A DNA stretch of 64,000 nucleotides, taken from positions 4,216,001 through 4,280,000 of the forward strand of contig NC_092003.1 in the NCBI RefSeq assembly GCF_044704955.1. Reading direction: 5' to 3'. The notes under the pieces are model-generated. The model did no database searches. It was given only the letters and a program-made list of their open reading frames with translations, and was not told where the DNA came from. The translations under genes and the position numbers were made by a program. The stretch is from Pristiophorus japonicus. Taxonomy: Eukaryota. Shown one piece after another: positions 12,939 to 24,463 of the stretch. Numbering within the stretch: the first letter of the stretch is position 1; every line of letters begins with the position of its first letter.

Positions 12939-13445
12939 GAAAGAAGAAAGATAGATTTCTATGGCGCCTTTCACGACCACCGGACATCTCAAAGCGCTTT
13001 ACAGCCAATGAGGTACTTTTGGAGTGTAGTCACTGTTGTACGACAAATCAAGCACCCCACCCACCCATCCCTCCAACCACCATCTGCCCTACCTGTGACA
13101 GAGCCAATTTGCACACAGCAAGCTCCCACAGACAGCAATGTGATAATGACCCAGATCATCTGTTTTTTTTGTTATGTTGTTTGAGGGATAAATATTGGTC
13201 AGGACACCGAGGATAACTCCCCTGCTCTTCTTCGAAAAATAGTGCCCTGGGACATTTTAAGTCCACTTGAGAGAGCAAACGGAGCCTCATCCGAAAGATG
13301 GCACCTCCGGCAGTGCGGCACTCCCTCAGCACTGCACTGGAGTGTCAGCCTGGATTTTTGTGCTCAAGTCTCTGGGGTGGGATTTGAACCCACAACTCTC
13401 TGACTCAGAGGCGAGTGTACTGCCCACTGAGCCACTGCTGACACT
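12939..13445 (-). mobile_element. Deu-domain SINE, full length, interrupted by an RTE fragment at 13041-13101
   Basis: Collinear with other copies apart from the 61-bp insert. Confidence 0.85.
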
Positions 13446-13659
13446 GTGTTTTAAGTATTCATTATTAATTCAAGTATGGAATGAGTGAAGCCCCCTCGAG
13501 CGTTGGTGCTGTGGAATGTCCACAATGGTGCCTTTTAAATTGAAAGCCGTGGTTTGATGCTGCAGCAATGAGAATGAAGTGGATGCTGGTTAGGTGGGAG
13601 TGGATTACAAACTTGTATCCAGTTGAAGGATTCAGGTTACATCATTAGCCATAAGGCCA

Positions 13660-14182
13660 TAAGAACATAAGAATTTGGAGCAGGAGTAGGCCATTCGGCC
13701 CCTCGAGCCATTCAAGAAGATCACGACTGATCTTCTACCTCAACTCCACTTTCCTGCACTGTCCCCATATCCCTTGATTCCCTTAACATTCAAAAATCTG
13801 TTGATCTCTGTCTTAAATGTACTCAAACCCTCCACAGCCCTCTGGGGTAGAGAATTCCAAAGATTCACCACCCCTGAGTGAAGAAATTCCTCCTCATCTC
13901 AGTCCTAAATGGCCGGCCCCTTATTCTGAGACTGTGACCCCTGGTTCTAGACTCCCCAGCCCGGGGGAAACATCCTCCCTGCATCTACCCTGTCAAGACC
14001 TGTAAGAATTGTGTATGTTTCAATGAGATCACCTCTCATTCTTCTAAACTCTAGAGAATATAGGCCTAGTCTACTCAATCTCTCCTCATAGGACAATCCC
14101 CCCATTCCAGGGATCAGTCTGGTAAACCTTCATTGCACTCCCTCTATGGCAAGTATATCCTTCCTTAGGTAAGGAGACCAAA
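13660..14182 (-). mobile_element. CR1 LINE, 3' fragment
   Basis: Starts with CATAAGAACATAAGAA (reverse complement of the CR1 tail); encodes a remnant of the LYSLEFRRMRGDLIE-type C-terminus. Confidence 0.85.
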
Positions 14183-14509
14183 GTTTTTCAATTCATACAA
14201 GTTTTTAAAAATTCAGGTATCTGTGAATGCTGCTTTGCCACATCTTTTATTGGACAGTAACACGAGATTATAAATGTCTGGTCACCCCACAAAGTAATTC
14301 AGGACCTGACAACAGTGTTTTTTGTCATCTGGTGAATACGCAATTGATCATCTTGCATAGTGCGAAGACCTGTCTAAACAGGATGTTTAACTTCTGGACA
14401 AATACTCCACACGTGGTTAGGTATAGATGACAAAGTGTCTCTAATAATAGCTATGAAACTGGTCAGGAACTAAATTTCAATCTCTCTTTCTGCCTCTCCC
14501 CCTCTTTCA

Positions 14510-15410
14510 TGTTAGCTTGGTTCAGTTGGTAGCATTCTCACCACTGAAAATTGTGGATCCAAGTTGCACTCAAAGATACGAGTACATAATCTGGGCCACA
14601 TTTTTTTTTAAAGAGATGTCATCTTTTGGAGTGAGATGGTAAAATGAGTGGATGTAAAAGAAGAGCACGGAAGTTTTCATGGTGTCAACATTCATTGCTC
14701 AGGCAATACCGGCGAGGTCCGGAGGTCGGGGCGGGCGAGGTCCGGAGGTCGGGGCGGGCGAGGAGAGAATGGACAAGGCACGGAGGAGAGGACAGGTCGG
14801 AACCGGCGAGGTCAGGACGGGCGAGGTCCGGAGGTTGGGACTGGCGAGGAAAGGTCGGAGCCCAGAGGTGGAGCAGTATGAACAAGATCAGGTGAAGGCG
14901 CAGCACAGGCCAATAGCGAGGCTGTGAGGTGGTGAGGCTCACGATACGTACTATGAACTCCACGTGGAGAGAGGTCCTGTGGGAAGGAGGAACAGTAGGA
15001 GTATGTTTGAGTTTGTGTGTATGTATTGGCACAAGCAGCTGAGCCTGGTCTCCAGACGTCTTGGATCCCCTTGCCACTGGACCAAGACCTTGCTCCGTCA
15101 AGCCCGTGTGGTGGCTGGTGTGCAACGGCCACCCCACGTTAAAATAATTCACGTACAGGCATCTTTCCACTGTTTAAAATGAGCTCATCAGTCACTCATT
15201 TTTAGTGTGGGAACAAGTCATCCTCGGCCCCAAGGGACTGCCTATGATGATGAACACCAGCAGAACAAATGAACTGGTCATCCATCCCTTTGCTGTTTGT
15301 GGAATCTTGTTGTGTGCAAATTGACTGCCAAGTTTGCCTATATAACGGTCACTGCATATCAAAAAGTAATTAATTCGCTGTGAAGTACAGTTAGGGATGG
15401 CTAATAAATG
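14510..15410 (+). mobile_element. Old Deu-domain SINE split by the insertion at 14711-15252
   Basis: Degenerate head and body at 14510-14710; continuation (CTGGTCAT...TTGCTGTTTGTGGAATCTTG) at 15253-15410. Confidence 0.65.
14711..15252 (+). mobile_element. RTE-tailed non-autonomous retroposon with GC-rich tandem-repeat 5' part
   Basis: 5' repeats of GGCGAGGTCCGGAGGTCGGGGCG; shared hairpin body; RTE-type 3' end GGGACTGCCTATGATGATG; imperfect TSD aatacc/aacacc. Confidence 0.8.
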
Positions 15411-15581
15411 CTGTTTTGCAAATTAAAAGATGAATAGCAAAACTGCAAGCTGTCTTTATTTTGATAACTTTAGCTGTATTATTTACAAAAATGCAGCAGC
15501 AGTCTACTGTGCTGTGAAATACTGAACTCCATTTGCCATAATTTGATGGATTCACATCAATACTTCTTTCCACGACATATT

Positions 15582-15800
15582 CATAAGAAATAGAAGCAGG
15601 AGGGGGCCATACGGCCCCACGAGCTTGCTTCGCCATTCAGTAAAATCACGGTAGATCTTCGACCTGAACTCCACTTTCCCGCCAGATCCCCATATCCCTT
15701 GATTTTTCCCTAAAGTCCAAAAATCTAGCAATATCAGCCTTGAATATACGCAACGATTGAGCCTCCACAGCCTCCGGGATAGAGAGTCCGAAAAATTCCA
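15582..15800 (-). mobile_element. CR1 LINE, short 3' fragment
   Basis: CATAAGAAATAGAAGCAGGAG start; collinear with the copy at 13660. Confidence 0.8.
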
Positions 15801-16315
15801 AAAAGTTTTCTAATCTGAGAAAGTGCTATTTAAATTATATAGGTGTCAAAATGTGGCAGCATCTTAAATAATGCCAAAACTAACGCCTAAAAATATAAAA
15901 CTATAGTTTGATGGATTCACAGCCATGCTTCTTTCCACGACATATTCTAATCCAAGAAACTACTACCATGTAAATTATACAGGCAGGACAAAAAGGACCT
16001 TAAATAATGCCAAAGCTAACGCTGAAAAGAAATGTAACGAAGGACATCGTTCAGATCTGTGTAACCTTTATCAGTAGAATGTGACATTTAATTTGAGCAT
16101 CTAGCTAATGTTTTTTCCCTTGGGGTCTTTAAGTAAAGAAGGGATTTCAGTGCCATGGTCAATTAAATGTTATGATGGAAAAAAAATTTTTGTCTCAAAA
16201 TGTCAGTCAGTAAAAGCTTCAAAGAACAGTAACTACATAGAGGATTTTAAGTGTTTTAAAAATAAAAACGTGTTGAAATAATATAGACTGGAGAAAGGAG
16301 TATTATAAAAATTCT

Positions 16316-16617
16316 TGCTCAAATTCTGCCCTCTTGAGCATCCCCGATTATAATCACTCAACCATTGGTGGCAGTGCCTTCTGTTGCCTGGGCCCCAAGC
16401 TCTGGAACTCCATCCCTAAATCTCTCCGCTTCTCTTTCCTCCTTCAAGACGCTCCTTAAAACCTACCTCTTTGACCAAGCTTTTGGTGACCTGCTCTAAT
16501 TTCTCCTTATGTGGCTCGGTGTCAAATTTATTTGTTTTGTCTTATAACACTGTTGTAAAATGCCTTGAGACATTTTACTACGTTAAAGGCGCTATATAAA
16601 AACAAGTTGTTGTTGTA
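16316..16617 (+). mobile_element. L2-clade LINE, 3' fragment
   Basis: Same family; tail GCTATATAAAAACAAGTTGTTGTTG. Confidence 0.85.
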
Positions 16618-16994
16618 CATATTCTAATATTCACACAAATAAAATGACTTTCATTCAATTTCTTAACTTCAGTGATGTATCAGAATTTTATTGTACCTCT
16701 TTGTTGATGCAAAATAATTTTTTTAATTGGTTAGTCTATTGCTGTCTTGCCTCAGCCTCCCATAAGCCATCTTTTCCCAGGCTGAGCAGCTTAACAATTG
16801 ACCTGTTCCCAGGCTTCTGCTAAGATACCCTCGAACCAGGTGCTGGGATATGCCAGAAGAGCAGTCTGGGATGATTCTCCCTCTGATCTTCCCTTCCTCC
16901 CTGTGAGAGAGAGCTCGTCGCCTCTATTTAAGTGGCATTGAGTGAGATTGGGAGCTCACTTGGTACAAATCTGTGTTCTGGAATTCTGCGGATT

Positions 16995-17852
16995 ATAGAA
17001 ACATAGAAAATAGGTGCAGAAGTAGGCCATTCGGCCCTTCAAGTCTGCACCACCATTCAATATGATCATGGCTGATCATTTTTGCAATTTTAGTTCCCCA
17101 TTCCTGCTTTCTCTCCATACCCCTTGACCTCTTTAGCCGTAAGGGCCACATTAACTCCTTTTTGAATATATGTAATGAACTGGCCTCAACAACTTTCTGT
17201 GGTAGAGAATTCCACAGGTTCACAATTCTCTGAGTGAAGAAGTTTCTCCTCAGTCCTAAATGACTTACCCATTATTCTTAGACTGTGGCCCCTGGTTCTG
17301 GACTTCCACAACATCGGGAACATTCTTCCTGCATCTAACCTGTCCAATCCCGTCAAAATTTTATGTGTTTCTATGAGATCCCCTCTCATTCTTCGAAATT
17401 CCAGTGAATATAAGCCTAGTCGATCCATATGTCTTTCTTCATATGTCAGTCCTGCCATCTCGGGAATCAGACTGGTGAACCTTCGCTGCACTCCCTCAAT
17501 AGCAAGAATGTCCTTCCTCAGATTAGGAGACCAAAACTGCACACAATACTCAAGGTGTGGCCTCACCGAGGCCCTGTACAACTGCAGTAAGACCTCCCTG
17601 CTCCTATACTCAAATCCCCTAGCTATGAAGGCCAACATGCCATTTGCCTTCTTCACCACCTGCTTTACCTGCATGCTAACTTTCAATGACTGATGTACCA
17701 TGTCTGACGGGTCTTGTTGCACCTCCCCTTCTCCTAATCTATCACCATTCAGATAATATTCTGTCGTCTTGTTTTTGCCACCAAAGTGGATAACCTCACA
17801 TTTATCCACATTATACTGCATCTGCCATGTATTTGCCCACTCACCTAACCTG
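16995..17852 (-). mobile_element. CR1 LINE, 3' fragment with ORF2 C-terminal remnant
   Basis: ORF 17186-17821: WQMQYNVDKCEVIHFG...VRPHLEYCVQFWSP...RMRGDLIE; TTCTATGTTTCTA tail. Confidence 0.92.
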
Positions 17853-18268
17853 GCAATATGTTGGAGAATCAGACATGACTGATGGTGACTTTAGGGTCCT
17901 CAGCTTGCACAATGACATTGCTGTCATTTTACATAGAAAGTGTCGTTCAATGCAAGTTTTTTATTCATCCATTTGGTGAATTACTTAAACAATTTAAATA
18001 AATAGGTCTTTATTACTTCTGTAACAGTGTTCAATCTCTCTTCCTCCTCTTCTCCACCCCGCAACCATCCCTAACCTTGCGATTTGTGTGCATTAAAACA
18101 ATAGTGCAAAATCAATACATTGCTAATTCAAATGAAAATGTTTGCAAGGCTGACGAACAGTTAAAAGATCAAGACCATCTGCTGTTTTAGAGAGTACAGC
18201 TAAGATTCGGAACCTCCTCCTTCCCCTCTCCCCCCTACACCCCACTCCGCAATGTAAGGAATAAAGGT

Positions 18269-18385
18269 AATATGAACAAGATAAGGAATGTAACCCGGGT
18301 GGGCCAGTACATTACTCTGTGGCCTGGCATATTGGAGCTCCAGTATAATGGCCCATCCTGTTACATTTCTTATCTTGTTTGTATT
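18269..18385. repeat. Imperfect inverted repeat, ~38-bp arms (fold-back or MITE-like)
   Basis: AATATGAACAAGATAAGGAATGTAACCCGGGTGGGCCA pairs with TGGCCCATCCTGTTACATTTCTTATCTTGTTTGTATT. Confidence 0.75.
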
Positions 18386-18557
18386 GTCAATGGAAACCTG
18401 GAGGAATGTTAGTCACCAGCAGACGTGAGATCACTAATTCAGCACATGGAGGATTATAGCTGCAATCAGCCCATGCGTCACCATTCCATGGCGCAAGTCG
18501 CTGCTCAAATTCACTGCTTATCTCTGCTGCGCCAGTGATTGTTGATTTTACTTACTT

Positions 18558-19483
18558 GAAAGAAAAGAAATACTTGGATTTATATAGCGCCTTTCACTAT
18601 CACTGGATGTCTCAAATCGCTTAACAGCCAATGAAGTACTTTTGGAGTGTAGTCACTGTTGTAACGTGGGAAACGCAGAAGCCAATTTGTGCATAGCAAG
18701 CTCCCACTCACACCAATGTGATAATGACCAGATCATCTGTTTTTTTGTTAAGTTGATTGGGGAATAAATATTGGTCCCAGGACAAAGGGGATAACTCCCC
18801 TGCTCTTCTTCGAAATAGTGCCATGGGATCTTTTACGTCCCTCTGAGAGGGCAGGCTGGGCCTCGGTTTAACATCTCATCCGAAAGACGGCATCTCCGAC
18901 AGTGCGGCGCTCCCTCAGTACTGCCCCTCCGACAGTGCGGCGCTCCCCTCAGTACTGCCCCTCCGACAATGCGGCGCTCCCTCTGTACTGCCCGTCCGAC
19001 AGTGCGGCACTCCCTCAGTACTGCCCCTCCGACAGTGCGGCGTTCCCTCAGTACTGCCCCTCCGACAGTGCGGCGTTCCCTCAGTACTGCCCCTCCGACA
19101 GTGCGGTTCTCCCTCAGTATTGCCTCTCCGACAGTACGGCACTCCCTCAGCACGGCACTGGAGTGTCAGCCTAGATTTACGTGCTCAAGTTCCTGGAGTG
19201 GGACTGAAACCTTTTATGTATGTAACCCTTGGCAATCTGTATCACATCACCACCAGAGGGCCGACCTGTTGGAGGCCCAGGGGAACCCAGCATCCCTTGG
19301 AAGCACGGTATATAAGCAGGCCACCCACACTGTACCAGCACTCTGGAGTCTAATTAAAGGAGCTAAGGTCACACTTACTCATTGCGTACAGTACTCAGCT
19401 GTATCACTTTATTATGAGCGTAACAGAACCCAACCTTCTGACTCAGAGGTGAGAGTGCTGCCCACTGAGTCACAGCTGGCAGC
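18558..19483 (-). mobile_element. Deu-domain SINE with 8 x 33-bp tandem array (18900-19160) and a nested solo LTR
   Basis: Full tail, core and head; head interrupted at 19212-19425. Confidence 0.88.
19212..19425 (+). mobile_element. Solo LTR, Gypsy-type
   Basis: T(T)TTATGTATGTAAC...GTAACA ends, TATATAA box, ATTAAA signal, blocks similar to the 42004 LTR (GCACTCTGGAG, GGTCACACT, CAGTACTCAG); imperfect 5-bp TSD aaacc/gaacc. Confidence 0.85.
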
Positions 19484-21475
19484 ACTCAAAGTGTATAAAT
19501 TTGATATCGGAATTTCTCCCCAGAATATTTTTGTTCAAGCTAATTCAGCAAAAAAAAACAGAAAATTGTATTCGCGGAAAAATATTAGGAATTTTCTTTT
19601 CAACAATTTGACAATACTGTAGTTGGAAAGATGTGAAGATCTTAAGTTACTTTGATTTAAAGGAAAACTTGACGTTTTTAATTTTAAAAAAAGTATGCTG
19701 ACTTTTTACTCGTTTAAAGAACTGATTCTGAATGAAGTGGCTGTGCAAAATTTTATTACAATATTTCCAGTGTCTCCAGCAATGATCTTTGAATTAGTTA
19801 AATGTTCCTTCCTTAAATGGTGTAGATTTGCAATAAGGCGGGTGTCAGTTGTTCTGACGCCATTAGCTGCAATTCTTAGCAGAAACAATAGTCAAGAAAA
19901 TATGTGCTTACGAAAGTGCGACTTGCTGAATTCTTGTCGGCTCCTGTACTGTAAACACAGGGAGCCAGTCCCTTGACACTCTAATTGCAATTGCGTCTCC
20001 GCATTAGTAGGACGCCAGTGTAACCAGCACGTGACTGACAAATAAAGGGGAGAGGGAGACTCAAACAGGAACAGCAAAATAGCTAGTGTAAAAGCACCTC
20101 ATTATTCAATGTTGTTTCTGCTAATGCGAGCCCCAAACACTTAATTTATTTTAATCCTGATTTTAGCCCCTGCATCTGCTGGAAAAAGGCCAGTCTAAAA
20201 ATGTTAAATGTTCCCAAGTGTCAATTGCTCACAGAAATCAGAAAAAAGCACTGTGGCCACTCTTGTCACTGGCCTTATTCAGCATATTTCTTTCTCTCCA
20301 CAGCATATTGGAAATAAAATTACACGGTAATGTGTGATAATCTTAGTTCATCACCTCAAATTACTCCCGCAATTATCATCTGCAGTGACAGACCTGTAAA
20401 GCCGGTATTTCTGTCTGGTTCAGGTGCATAGTTCAGAATGCTCCCTTCAGCACAACCCGAGTTCAGAAAGGTAATTATTTTAAAAAACTGGGTGTTTTCC
20501 CACAGTTTAAGTGAACAGCATTTGAAAATTTCATGTGCCCCTCCGTTACAGTTTACTGAAATCCTCGTGAGAATATCGAGTCTGACTTTGAGTCTTACCT
20601 TCGCTGTGTTTTCCGCTCTTGTAGCATCTGAATTGACCAGAATTAGCTGGAGTGGTGCGCATTCAGCGGCTGAGGGGGTCCTCCTTTGGTCTGTTTAATG
20701 TTTCGGTTCAGGCATACATCAGTCGCTTTGCATTATCCCACTTACACAGGCAAATCCCCCACACATTCCAGCGTACGCATTCCAGGCTCTCAGTGAGATC
20801 TTCCCTCTCTTTCCTCTATTCATGCAGAGGTACAAAAAGGACTTCAGCTTCTTGTATATATTTGTCTTTTTTTTAAAAGCTTGAAAATTCCTCTCTTTTT
20901 TTTGTTGGTTTCAGCCAAAACCAGCTTCTTGCAAATTACTTCCAAGCCGTATTCTTCAGCAGCAAGCAAAGGGAGTTAACAAGCAGAGGAAAGGCTCCAG
21001 TCTATAGTCCTGCTATTGGGGAGAGCAGTCTCCAGAATGAAGTAGGTGGGATTCCTGGTATAACATTACATAGCTGTGGAGTTGAAACGCAGTCCCTTAT
21101 CTGTTCAATCACTTCACTTGCAATTCAGAGCTGTCACAACTCTTGAGGAACTCCCAGTGTGAATATTGACCGGTGGTGCCCACTTGTATGACCCGGGAAT
21201 CTGGCACCAACCTACTTCTCGTCGCTTGTAGTACTTCTTTAGGAACACGGTAAACAGTTTAAACGACAAGAGCGCTGTTTTGCCACTCGTCCTTTCTGAA
21301 CAAGAAAAGATTTCTTTCTCCGGGCTTGCCTGTCTTTTTCGTTAAAGCAGCCAGAGGTTGGTCCCTACAAATAGTAAAAGAAAATTAGCCACACCTATTA
21401 AACTGTTTGCTTGCAACTTTGCTCTAGATTTGAAGGAATATTTATTTTTGCTTTCATTCCTCTTTTTTGAGACAC

Positions 21476-22312
21476 GGGCCGAAATTCGTTTGATAAAGGC
21501 GCCCGTTAACGGCGGCGATGGACGGCTAACGGGCGGCAAAGGCGTGCCGTCGGCAGAGAGCGGCGTCCACGTCCCCGTAGAAATTGTTGGGTCTTTGATA
21601 GAGGTGCCAAGAATTAATGCTGCGCCCGCTAACGCCACCCACGTGGTGACATCAACGAGCATGCAACGTACCCTTGGCGCCGCTGCAGCGATACTTGGTT
21701 TGTACGGCGGCCTAACAGGCGTCCATACAGCCTGCAAAAAGCAGTCGCAGCATCGGGTACCCAGGCGGCATGGCCCAGAGAGCAAGGTAAGTGTTATGTA
21801 TGAATAAAGAGTCTGACTGGATACTGTGAGCTCAAAGCAAAGTGTGACCTTAGTCTTTTATTGCAGGTCTCCAGAGTGCCTCTCCAGCATGTGAGGCCTC
21901 CTTAAGTACCTGTACTCCCAAGGGATTGTGGGATCCCTTGGGACTCCAGGGGATGAGCCCTCTGGTGGCTGTACAGGGTATATACAGGTTTACATATATA
22001 GCAGTAAGTTTTTCTCTCTCTTTATTTCAGCCTTTATTTATTAGTTGCAGCAGTGGGGAAGTGTGGTGGGTCGGAGTTTTTCTCCCCGTTTTTGCAGCTC
22101 ATATGCCGGCAGCCTTCCGTCAGGAAATTGAGTGGGCCTCCTGAGCTCCTGCCCCGAGGATGAGTGTGAAACGCCACCTTTTGGGCTGCTCTCTCATCCT
22201 TGGGCGTAAAAACTGAATTTGGCAGTTTGAGGCGGCACCTAACGCCTACTGCTAAAATCAGCCCTCAGGCGGTGACACCGCATCAAAAAATGGCAATAAT
22301 CAATTTCGACCC
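21476..22312. mobile_element. Non-autonomous PIF/Harbinger-like DNA transposon containing a solo LTR
   Basis: TIRs GGGCCGAAATT / AATTTCGACCC; 3-bp TSD cac. Confidence 0.75.
21792..22003 (-). mobile_element. Solo LTR, Gypsy-type
   Basis: TG...CA ends with short inverted termini; exact 5-bp TSD gtaag; reverse strand carries GCCACCAGAGGGC, GCACTCTGGAG, AATAAA and AAGGTCACACT as in the 42004 LTR. Confidence 0.9.
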
Positions 22313-22359
22313 CACAGAGTTTGATTTGGGTACAGCTTCGCGGGCACTGTGACTCTCCA

Positions 22360-23062
22360 AGCGACTATTCTTTGTGTATTAACCTAAACGGAGAGTGTTG
22401 ACAGGCAGTACAGCTGAGCCCTTTCCTGTCCTTCCCTGGCGTCCACGTAAGTCAACTCAGCAGGGAGGGATCACTGAAGAGTGATCAGGTGCAGGGGCTC
22501 TGGTTGATTTCCTCTCCTTCCTCAAAATTCTCATCCTTGTTTCCAAATCCCTCCTTGCCCTTGCCCCTCCCCCTCTCTATCTCTGTACTCTCCTCCAGTC
22601 TCACAACCCCCCCCCCCCCCCCCCCCCCAACCATCCCAAAATATCTGCACTCCTCAAATTCTGCCCTCTTGAGCATCCCTGGTTATAACTGCTCAACCAT
22701 TGGTGGCCGTACCTTCAGCTGCCTGGGCCCTCAGCTCTGGAACTCCCTGCCGAAACATCTCCGCGCCTCTACCTCTCTTTCCTCCTTTAAGACGCTCCTT
22801 AAAACTGATCTCTTTGACCAAGTTTTAGGTCATCTGCCATAATTTCTTCCACTCCGGCTCGGTTTCAAATTTTTTTTTTGTGTTACGATACACCTGCGAA
22901 GCGCCTTGGGATGTTTTACTACATTAAAGGCGCTGTATAAATGCAAGTTGTTGTTGTTCCTAGCCCTGAAGCCATTCTCACTCTGACGCTGCCACCCTAG
23001 CTGAAATTGGGTAACCTGGACTAAGGATCATCCCTGGGAGCCTCCTGGTCTGTGTGATTAAG
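22360..23062 (-). mobile_element. Old unclassified SINE-like repeat, split by the L2 at 22520-22958
   Basis: Weak similarity to 39330-39625 (-) and 52700-53045 (+). Confidence 0.4.
22520..22958 (+). mobile_element. L2-clade LINE, 3' fragment with expanded poly-C
   Basis: GGRTFSCLGPQLWNSLP remnant; L2 tail; C-run at about 22606-22628. Confidence 0.85.
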
Positions 23063-23064
23063 TG

Positions 23065-23405
23065 TTACCTTTATCTCGGGAGCCTCCTATCAACAAGAGC
23101 AGGCATCGACGACGAGATCCAACACTGCCTCCAGTGCGCCAGTGCAGTCTTCGGCCGCCTGACGAAAAGAGTGTTTGAAGACCAGGCCCTCAAAACTGCC
23201 ACCAAGCTCATGGTCTACAGGGCTATAGTTATACCTGCCCTCCTGTATGGCTCAGAGACATGGACCATGTACAGTAGACACCTCAAGTTGCTGGAAAAAT
23301 ATCACCACCGATATCTCTGCAAGATCCTACAAATCCCATGGGAGGACAGGCACACAAACATCAGCGTCCTCATTCAGGCCAACATCCCCAGCATTGCAGC
23401 ACTCT
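23065..23405 (+). mobile_element. RTE LINE internal fragment (C-terminal to RT)
   Basis: YLGSLLS...IDDEIQH...TKLMVYRAIVIPALLYGSETWT...ILQIPWEDR is the typical RTE/BovB-like C-terminal region. Confidence 0.9.
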
Positions 23406-24077
23406 GTACAGCGCGTGTTGCAGCGCTCCACTGCGGTTCCCAAAATTGTGTCATTACTGACCACCACTCTCAAATCCTGCCAAAGTCCACTACTCCTCAA
23501 ATATATACAGAATGGTGCTTTTGTTTTCTCTTCCCCCACCCCCCGCCCCCCGTGGATTTTGCTGTCAACGTGACTTGTCCCTTTGTTGAAAAATCAGAGG
23601 TTCACCTGCAAATGGTTCCGAGAAAATGAGGCTGCACGCTGGGAACACATTTGAGAGCAATTCTGTTTCAACTGCGACATTGGCTGCCTTTTATTGCCGA
23701 GTCCATTACTGTTGACAGTGGAGTAATTGTTTGAAATGGAGAAAGCAGTAATGTAAGAACAAAGTGATTACTACATAACTGATTAATTTCCCTTATCTCT
23801 CAGTGGAACAGAATGAGTGAAGTACACAAAATGGGAAGTTTGTCTTATCACACCCCACCCTCATTATAAAGCGCCCTGTTACAACAGTGCTAATAATTCA
23901 GTGTTTGCTGCACAGCCCTTAGTTGCCACTACTGTTGGTTACAGCACCCGCTATATGATTGGGCTCTGAATCTATTTATTAGAAAAATGGATTTTAGCAC
24001 AGCAATGCAGTGATTCAAGATGAATGATGTGAATTAATTTATAGTATTTTAACAATAAAACCATGCTACCTGTGCCC

Positions 24078-24463
24078 GTGGCGAAGGAGCGGCGAGAGAC
24101 TGTAGAGGGACATGGTCTGGGCCCAGGGGAGGTGTGAGTTTGGGGCCAGGGGCCGAGGAGCAGCACGGGCCAGCCCACACTGCGATGTGTGCCCCCGTTC
24201 GGTCTGTGCAGCAGAGCAGGTCTCCAGTTAGTCTTGGTTAATCCTTGCCACTGGACTAAGACCTAGCTCTGTCAAGTCTGTGTGGTGGCTGGTGTGCAAT
24301 GGCCACCACACGTTTGGAAAAAAAAATCCACGCACAAGCATCTTCCATCCTTCAGGATGTAGTTCAGGTCCTTCATAGAAACACCTGTGAACTCATCCTT
24401 TTTTGGCGTGAAAGCAAGTCATCCTCGTTTCAAGGGACTGCCTATGAGTGAATGAGTGAGTGA
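24078..24463 (+). mobile_element. RTE-tailed non-autonomous retroposon, second 5' variant
   Basis: Shared hairpin body and RTE tail; ends in (TGAG/TGAA)n; 5' part differs from the 14711 copy. Confidence 0.8.

Noticed and set aside
18833-19622. Repetitive ORFs (VRRSLSTAPPT / GGAVLRERRTV) as repeat proteins
   Set aside because: Artefact of a stop-free 33-bp SINE minisatellite that is open in most frames on both strands.
24200-24330. HDV-like ribozyme in the RTE-tailed element
   Set aside because: Only simple hairpins are visible; I could not build the nested double pseudoknot by eye.
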